This document shows positions 55,318-64,000 of a stretch of DNA of 64,000 nucleotides, one piece after another (within the stretch, counting starts at the first letter, position 1; each line of letters opens with the position of its first letter). The notes beneath the pieces are model-generated. The model had not been told where the DNA came from. It ran no database searches and worked only from the letters and a program-made list of their open reading frames with translations. Location of the stretch: assembly GCF_001194135.2 (NCBI RefSeq), contig NC_068983.1, forward strand, positions 134,195,525-134,259,524. Reading direction: 5' to 3'. The DNA is from Octopus bimaculoides. Taxonomy: Eukaryota. A program made the position numbers and the translations under genes.

Positions 55318-55455
55318 TACAAGAACACTTAGCCTCATAATTTGTAACTTCCCGAGTGGAGAGCTACAGAGATTCATCTTTTCAACCTCTCTTATCAGTC
55401 CATATTTAAACAACTTTCTCATTCATCTCTCTCTCTCTCTCTTTCTCTCTGCATG

Positions 55456-55508
<53 letters not shown>

Positions 55509-55510
<2 letters not shown>

Positions 55511-55755
55511 CAACCAGACCATCAGATATACACTGTTGGTAACCATGCGCTTCCAATTCTGTTTTGATTGCGTCCTTTTTTTCCATCTTGACCCAAATCG
55601 CTAAAGTAAATCGTCTTCCTATTGCCGTGGAGGACTTTGAAATGGTCTTTTCAACTTTCTCGGATACCACTCAGAAACTGCGCTGGTCCAGTGGAACTGG
55701 CGCTGTCGGTATTCTGCGATCACATCGTTCCTCGGCTACGTTCTCGAATAAATGA
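55509..55755 (-). mobile_element. RTE-clade LINE 3' fragment
   Basis: Minus frame: DVIAEYRQRQFHW-(deletion)-TSAVSEWYPRKLKRPFQSPPRQ*EDDL..RFGSRWKKRTQSKQNW, matching the RTE C-terminal pattern W..AV.EWYPR..KRP.GRPP.RW.D. Confidence 0.75.
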
Positions 55756-56603
55756 GAACATATATACATTTATATAATATAATATAATATAATATAATAT
55801 AATATATATATATAATATGACGAACGAAGTTGATAATTTACTCCAATTTTGCCGCTTGTATGCGTTCATTGAGATACTGCGTTAAGTCTCTGTCGTCGTT
55901 CCGTCCTATATGTAATTTGTTGCAGTTAGAGAAAGTAAGCACACTACTGTAAATCAAGGAATAATCCACGTTGCTACAGCTAATTACAAAAGTAAGCATC
56001 ACTCACGTTACCCATTTAAAAGTACATGGAGACGATTCTAGTGTGAAATGTCTTGGTTACGAACACAAAAGAACACCCGATAGTATACTACTAGATGGAC
56101 TTATGGCAGGTTGTTTAATAAACCTATCCTTTCAGACATTCATACACTCTGATATATGTATGTAATCTGTCTAAATAATCGATTTTCTATATCGTGAATA
56201 TTCACATATTCTGACTCTATTGAGCAACTCTATGTATATACCTAATTGATCAATACATGTTGCGTCAATGTAGTTGACAATTGCAGAATCTGGGTCGAAT
56301 AACATGTTTGGGTCATTGTGCATGAAGAGAGAAGCATATGGCCCAGATCGCCTCTTTTTTTATGAAGAATTATTCAAATATTCATTGATAAACTTTGAAG
56401 CCAGCAAAAGAATCTAACGAAACATGCGCCAGTTTTACAATAGCCTTACCATTTTGTCTTACCTATTGACGACCAGGCAAACCTTTCTGTTGAAAAAATG
56501 TCATAACCATGTACACATATGAGTGCCGTTAGTTTCATATAAATCACCTACCTTTCTACTAATAATCTAGCACCCTTTCTTCTCAGCCAACTGTCTCTCG
56601 ACT

Positions 56604-56692
<89 letters not shown>

Positions 56693-59364
56693 ACACATTT
56701 GCGCGCATACGCACACAGTGTGTTTATAGCATGTTCATTTCAGCTGAGCATGTGCAACTTCAGTATACATAAACTTAAGTGTTATAATTTAAGTGATAAT
56801 CATTAAAATGCACGGAACAAAGGGGGTTAAATAACTGAATGAGACAAAAAGATCAAAACACGAAAGGAATTATATCGCTAATGGAAGGAGACGAAATGCT
56901 TAATATGAACGCCGGGTTTGAACAGAAATATATAACAAATCACCAGGTTTATATGAAAAAAAAAAAGAAGCGGAAGGGGGAAGGATGGAAAACAACGGAA
57001 TTCACTGAAACGTATAAAAATAGCATAGAGATGTGATAACCGCAATAGAAGGAGAATAAGGAGACGTATGATAAAAGAAAAAAAAAAAGATAAATGAATA
57101 ATAGGGAAAAAATAAAATAAAATAAAGTTTGTCGGGTTCGGGTCCACAAGCAATGTCGTCAACCGGAAATTGTTCACATTTGGCTAATTAAATAAATACC
57201 ACAAGTGGTGGTCCGGCGTGATTCTGGACAGATACTAAAGCCAAGTCAGTCGGTTGGCGGTTGTCGTTTTTTCTGTTGACTCGGCAATCACATTACAGGC
57301 AACTGAAAGCCCAAGGACAAACAATATGGAAGCAATGACTGCAGCTGATTACACAAGAACTTCTGTGGCGCAGCATTATCATAGATTTCACTACTTACCC
57401 TTACCACTTTATCACTAACACCACCACTGTTCTACTAGGACTAATACTATCACCAATATTAGAACTACTATCATTGTCACCATTATTATCACCATTGTTT
57501 TTCTTCCGCAATTTGAACTTCTCCAGCGACGTGACAAATACCAGTTAGAAGGGCATGAGCATCACAACTTCTCATTTTCTCCGCCTTTATACACCAGTGG
57601 CATCCACCCTCCAACATAAATCTGTATCACCACCACCTCCATTATCATCACGATCATTAACCTCATGACTCCATTTTCGGTCGCCATTACACTAGCCATT
57701 CACTTCTTTATTCGCAAGTACAAAGTTTCTTTCCCTTCTTAAATTCTCCCCTTATATTAATTCATTTAATAAGATCAACCATTTCTCTTCGAACCTTTCC
57801 ACAATTCTTTCTCATTAAACCTGACGTTTGTTAGTTTTGGGGTTATATTTTCGTGTTACTTCTATCACCCCGGCCACTTTCCTTTTCTCATTTCTCCTCA
57901 CCTATGTCTAACTTTCTATTTCACCCACTCCCTTTTTCACCTTCATTCTCTGTCCAAAATCTCTTTGCTTTTCACCGGAAGTTGATTAAACAGCCGACAC
58001 CCTGACTATGTATGTATGCATGCATGCATGTATGTATGTATGTATGTATGCATGTATGTATGTATGTATGTATGCATGTATGTATGTATGTATGTATGCA
58101 GGCAGGTAGGTAGGTAGGTAGGTAGGTAGGTTTATGTATGTATATACAATACATATGTACAGAGAGGTTGGAGTGGGCGTGAATGTGTACAGCTAACCGA
58201 GTAAACACTACAATGTCTATAATTACTTGGTTCATTCAAGACAGTCTACAGCCACAAACTTAGATATAACGTGCTATGTGTACAATACGACCAACGAAAA
58301 TTGTCACTACTACTACTACTACTACTACTTGAGTCGTACTTAATTTATTAAACCGGGAACGATGAAAGCCGAATCTGACCACGGTGTGATTTGAATCCCG
58401 AACGCACGCAGAGATGTGACTAAACACTGCAAGGTATCTGTCTGAAATTCTGAGATGTCAACCATCCATCATACATGACGACAACGTTAATAACCTTTTC
58501 TTTTTTTTTTCTTTCTACATTGTAAACGTAGAGTTATATATATATTTCTATACAATTATAGAATTATATTTAATCTATAAATGTAATAATTGACATGAAA
58601 AGGATTTATTCGACGCAAAACGAAAAAAGGCTGGGTCAAACTGAAACTCTTCTTAATTGTATTAGAGTCGTTAGTCATCTTTCTTGGACAACTATTGATG
58701 ATGATCGGTTCGACAAATGGGGTTCGATAAACTATATAGCATAATGAAAGAAGTAATGGGATCGATGTAATCGACTAAACCTTCGAGGACAGAGTCCCAG
58801 CATAGCTACAGTTAAAGAGTGAAACCAGTAAAAAAATAAATGAAGGATTGCATACATATATGTGCACGTATACGTTGACACTTTGATATCGCGGGACGCG
58901 TGGTTCTATTGTCCAATCAACTAAACTACTAACTCGGTGCACCATGAAGCATTCTTAGTGTAAATCTTCAGAGAGAATCAGCTGTCAAATCACAAGTTGA
59001 GAGTCATGTGACGAGCTTCCCCTAGTTTCTATCTACCAAACATTACTTCCCTAGCTTCAGCTTCGACCAGCAAAAAATACACACAAAAACTGTTATTTTT
59101 ACTTTTTGTTTATTTCTTAAAGGTAAACGTTATATCTAAGTTTGTAGAAAATTTTCACCGCTCATCAGGAATCTGATAACTGATGCAACTCTACACGAGT
59201 TCTAGTGGAATTGTAGCAATGAGCAAGTCGAAGTGTTACGAGATCTCTCGCTAATTCATGACTGACTTGACTTCTAATAAGTAAACAAGGAATTAAAATA
59301 ATAGTTTTTCCTTGATGTAATTGTTAGTTTTGGCATATTGTCAGATATCAAGACACTTGCAAAG

Positions 59365-59444
59365 TATGTACTTTCGACAGCATGTACCTTCGACAGTATG
59401 TACCTTCGACAGTATGTACCTTCGACAGTATGTACCTTCGATAC
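59365..59444. repeat. 16-bp minisatellite (TATGTACCTTCGACAG) x5
   Basis: Units start at 59365, 59381, 59397, 59413 and 59429, with 0-2 substitutions each. Confidence 0.95.
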
Positions 59445-60176
59445 ACACACGCACACATACATACACACACACACACATACACACATATGATCAAGCAAAC
59501 ACCAAAGACACTGATGTTAGTCTGCATCGGCAAGACATATTTTATGTTGCAGAGTCAATAAATAGAATGTTTGTTTCTATATCGAGTTATAATAAAAATA
59601 ATTTTACAATAAGTTGAAGGATTACTCGTTTCTTTTTGTAGATTAAATATTTATTATTCTTTATGAAGAATAGCGATGACAGTGATTTCCAAGTTTCGAC
59701 CTGCTTAGCCTCACTACTCAGATGTGTGTGCGTGTGTTTGTGTGTGTATTTGTGTATATATATATATGTATATATATATATTGTTGTACTTGGGGATGGT
59801 CATATTGCCAGTTTAGCCAATAAAAACACACGCACTGTATATTTGGTGTTAATTTGCTTCAGCTTTATATTACATTAATCTTAATCTTATTTCGGCCAGA
59901 GTTCTTTCGTCACACTTCTGTGAACTCATCAGTGGTCCTTTGTTTCCTTCCTTCTTATGTGTGTCTCACCTTGCTAACTATCAGCCATTTTGTATTTTGT
60001 ATTCCTATTGTATGTGTCTACGCATGCGTGTCCTTCAATGTGTCTGTGTCTTTTGTAAGTGCATGTGTGTATGGGGAGTGTCTATATCACCTATATTCTC
60101 TGTTAATACGTGTTCGTTTGTATTTGTTTTTATTTATTTATTTGTTCATTTGTTCATTTATTTATTTTCAAAACAA

Positions 60177-60228
<52 letters not shown>

Positions 60229-60269
60229 GTGTGTATGTACGTATGTATGTATGCATTTATGTATGTATT

Positions 60270-60736
60270 ATGTCATTATTCAGTTTTATTTTAAGGTTTC
60301 TTGCCAATAAAGCGTCGGTTTCTAACCTAGATTCAAGGCTCCTTTATTCGAATTTCAACACCAACTACAGGGTGTTTTTTTATGTATGTATGTATGTATG
60401 TATGTATGTATGTATGTATGTATGTGTGGAGNNNNNNNNNNGTATGTATGTATGTATGTATGTATGTATGTGTGGAGATGTGTATGTTTTGTTTTATGTA
60501 TGTCTTCTCATGCATATAGTTGCATATCTAGACATGCTCATATTTACTTAAATGATAAACTTCTCGGAAGTTTTACAGATTTGTACAGTTCCAGTGATAA
60601 CTTGCATCTGTCGTTTTCGAATCATCTTTCTCCTATCTGCTTTTGAGAAGATTGATTTCTCAAGATTGGTATTCAGGCAGTGTGTTACATATCCCAGTAC
60701 TCCAAATAATTACAGGCATAAACCTGAACTTGTAAT
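60270..60736. repeat. Second, inverted copy of the unclassified (TACA)n-containing repeat
   Basis: Reverse complement aligns by eye to 25396-25814. Confidence 0.85.
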
Positions 60737-60831
60737 TAGGAAAGAGTAACTGCAGATTTCTCAATAGTTCAGGGTAGATATTCTCTTTTTCACTGTATGT
60801 ATGTATGTATGTATGTATGTATGTATGTATG

Positions 60832-60870
<39 letters not shown>

Positions 60871-61042
60871 GTCTGATTCTCTGGCTACCTCTGTGTGCTT
60901 TTATAGATGTGTTTACGCATACATGTATGTATGTACGGTTGCTCATTATTGTTGTTAAATTTTTCCTAACAACTGTTGCATTCAAGCATGGATAATGGGA
61001 TGTTTGTATAGTAGTCTACAAGCATTATTATCATGAATCGAA

Positions 61043-61265
61043 GGCGGCGACCTGGCAGAAACGTTAGCACGCCAGGCGAAGTGCTTAGCGGTATTTCATC
61101 TGTCTTTACGTTCTGAGTTCAAATTCCGCCGAGGCCGACTTTGCCTCTCATCCTTCCGGGAGTCGATAAATTAAGTGCCAGTTTCGTACTGGGGATGATC
61201 AAATCGACTGGCTCCCCCTCCCCAAACATTTGGGCCTTATGCCTAGAGTAGAAAGGATTATTATT
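61043..61265 (+). mobile_element. SINE family A, full length, with TSD
   Basis: Complete head, core and (ATT) tail. TSD ATGAATCGAA at 61033-61042 and 61266-61275. Confidence 0.9.
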
Positions 61266-62297
61266 ATGAATCGAAAAAGCTGTGAGAGATGCATCTCAAC
61301 TTTTGTCTTCTATACATTTTCTCTCTTTTATCTTTTCTATCTTCCAGATAAAGGGTGTGTCCAGAACGTTAAGGCATTTCTATTTCTCCGAGCGTCGTGC
61401 GAAAAACTATAATTTTTTAAAAATTTTATTGTCTTTTATCNNNNNNNNNNNNNNNNNNNNNNNNNNNNNNNNNNNNNNNNNNNNNNNNNNNNNNNNNNNN
61501 NNNNNNNNNNNNNNNNNNNNNNNNNNNNNNNNNNNNNNNNNNNNNNNNNNNNNNNNNNNNNNNNNNNNNNNNNNNNNNNNNNNNNNNNNNNNNNNNNNNN
61601 NNNNNNNNNNNNNNNNNNNNNNNNNNNNNNNNNNNNNNNNNNNNNNNNNNNNNNNNNNNNNNNNNNNNNNNNNNNNNNNNNNNNNNNNNNNNNNNNNNNN
61701 NNNNNNNNNNNNNNNNNNNNNNNNNNNNNNNNNNNNNNNNNNNNNNNNNNNNNNNNNNNNNNNNNNNNNNNNNNNNNNNNNNNNNNNNNNNNNNNNNNNN
61801 NNNNNNNNNNNNNNNNNNNNNNNNNNNNNNNNNNNNNNNNNNNNNNNNNNNNNNNNNNNNNNNNNNNNNNNNNNNNNNNNNNNNNNNNNNNNNNNNNNNN
61901 NNNNNNNNNNNNNNNNNNNNNNNNNNNNNNNNNNNNNNNNNNNNNNNNNNNNNNNNNNNNNNNNNNNNNNNNNNNNNNNNNNNNNNNNNNNNNNNNNNNN
62001 NNNNNNNNNNNNNNNNNNNNNNNNNNNNNNNNNNNNNNNNNNNNNNNNNNNNNNNNNNNNNNNNNNNNNNNNNNNNNNNNNNNNNNNNNNNNNNNNNNNN
62101 NNNNNNNNNNNNNNNNNNNNNNNNNNNNNNNNNNNNNNNNNNNNNNNNNNNNNNNNNNNNNNNNNNNNNNNNNNNNNNNNNNNNNNNNNNNNNNNNNNNN
62201 NNNNNNNNNNNNNNNNNNNNNNNNNNNNNNNNNNNNNNNNNNNNNNNNNNNNNNNNNNNNNNNNNNNNNNNNNNNNNNNNNNNNNNNNNNNNNNNNN

Positions 62298-62364
<67 letters not shown>

Positions 62365-62550
62365 AATACACACACACACACACACACACAAAACTGGAGA
62401 GCCAGAACCGACTCTCTCTCTAATTATTTTTCCTATGTGTGAGTGTTTGCGCGCACGTGTCAGAGAGCAGAGATAGAGAGTATGTATGCAAAGAAATGTG
62501 GACATGAAAGGCCAGTGCATTGTTCACGATACAATAGTAAACAAACTCTC

Positions 62551-62612
62551 CATGCTGGGACTGTCCTTGAAGGTTTAGTCGATCACATTGATCCCAGTAC
62601 TTATTTCTGTTG
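62551..62612 (-). mobile_element. SINE family B tail fragment
   Basis: CATGCTGGGACTGTCCTTGAAGGTTTAGTCGA...CCCAGTACTTATT is the reverse complement of the family B tail. Confidence 0.6.
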
Positions 62613-62843
62613 CTGTAGTGCTTGTTTTCACTATCGTATAATTGTCTGTACATATGTCTTCTGGAAAGATTCACATGACATGATTTGATGGTGTGTTACG
62701 TGAGTGTACCGCAGAAGTGTAATGCAGTACAGTGTTTTGTTGAAGATGTTGATGTCTGGTACTGTGTTGTATAGAGTAGTATTGTTGTTTTGCCTTTTGT
62801 CAAAAGCATGTTAAAAGCATAACCCGAACTACATAAACCAATG

Positions 62844-62874
<31 letters not shown>

Positions 62875-63354
62875 CAATGCTAAGATATAATCTGAAGGAG
62901 CTTTGAATCCTATTTCTAGCATAAACGCTCATTCATTGGCGTGTGTAGTACAATGTAGCGTTATTTCGTTACATTTTATTCTGCAATATTTTCGAAGAAT
63001 ACATAAACCGCTTTGGTGAAAATAGAACAGCTGACGAAAACCTTAGTCTTGTTCCACGAAGTTCAAATTTAAATATGGTCGCCAGTTATTTTATATCCCT
63101 TCCGGTGTCGTTTAAAAGAGTACTTCACTTTAAATGTATTATTGTCAACTCCATAAACTGTAACGCCAACCTACAACATGCTTCCATCCTAAATCCCATG
63201 CAATATATAGATATGCGTGTACCTCTCTCTCTCTCTCATATATATATATAATTTTTCATAGAAAATCATGTAATCGTTACCAATATAGCAGGAGATTTCA
63301 CCGCAAAAAGTCTAAATTAGACTCCTTAAGGAGCGTTCTCCTTGTTTATATATC

Positions 63355-63482
63355 CAAAGTTTTAAATTTAAATTTAAGAGACAGATTTGACGCAAATATC
63401 CATTATTATTGTAATTTATTCCTGTCAATAATAATGGATATTAGCGTCAAATCTGTCTCTTAAATTTAAATTTAAAACTTTG
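63355..63482. repeat. Near-perfect inverted repeat (57-bp arms, 14-nt loop)
   Basis: 63355-63411 pairs with 63426-63482 with one mismatch. Confidence 0.9.
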
Positions 63483-64000
63483 TGTATATATATATATATT
63501 GATAATAATGGTAAGACAACAAAAGAATGAATGAGACTCGATATTATGTAAATAGAGGAATTTATCTGTAAATATATGTGACAATTATTCGGTAACCATG
63601 ATAAGTTTATATATATATATNNNNNNNNNNNNNNNNNNNNNNNNNNNNNNNNNNNNNNNNNNNNNNNNNNNNNNNNNNNNNNNNNNNNNNNNNNNNNNNN
63701 NNNNNNNNNNNNNNNNNNNNNNNNNNNNNNNNNNNNNNNNNNNNNNNNNNNNNNNNNNNNNNNNNNNNNNNNNNNNNNNNNNNNNNNNNNNNNNNNNNNN
63801 NNNNNNNNNNCATAGGTTAATAATTTGGGTTAATAAATATATATATAGGTTAATAATATGGGTTAATAATTTTCGATAATGTCAGTTTTTCTATGTAATC
63901 ATAATGGTGAATCTCGTGCAAACACTGCTAAGTTGTTAAATATGTATTTTCCTATCAAAGAAGATGGATCGTGATTTAAGGGAATTTGGTTGCCATAGCC

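Noticed and set aside
59365-59444. Regular short repeats as a possible CRISPR array
   Set aside because: The units are contiguous with no spacers, the context is eukaryotic, and there are no cas genes. It is a minisatellite.

Overview
Eukaryotic animal DNA from a draft scaffold, with about 20 N-gaps totalling roughly 8.4 kb, most of them flanked by microsatellites. The AT richness, the very dense (TA/CA/TACA/TAGA/ATT)n tracts and the recurring SINE families point to an octopod cephalopod, probably Octopus (inference). The window lies inside one large + strand gene. I can support two phase-compatible coding exons: 1089-1764 and a giant 2,844-nt exon at 36538-39381. Together they encode about 1,160 aa of low-complexity (Q/T/S/N/H/G/P-run), transcription-factor-like N-terminal sequence with no folded domain yet. 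Three short motifs near the end weakly suggest Grainyhead/GRHL. A possible 34-nt micro-exon sits at 50707-50740. The rest is intronic and TE-rich: several tRNA-type SINE families, fragments of R4/Dong, CR1, RTE and I/Jockey-like LINEs, a Penelope-like element with inverted terminal arms carrying a hammerhead-ribozyme motif, hAT-type MITEs and a Helitron 3' end. Almost all other ORFs in the supplied track are microsatellite or N-gap artefacts. I found no rRNA, true tRNA, CRISPR or prokaryote-type system, and nothing I can defend as a wholly new biological system. The best leads are a candidate in-frame 1,590-nt exitron in the giant exon, the hammerhead-bearing Penelope-like insertion, the Dong-in-SINE-tail nesting and a near-perfect 57-bp hairpin.
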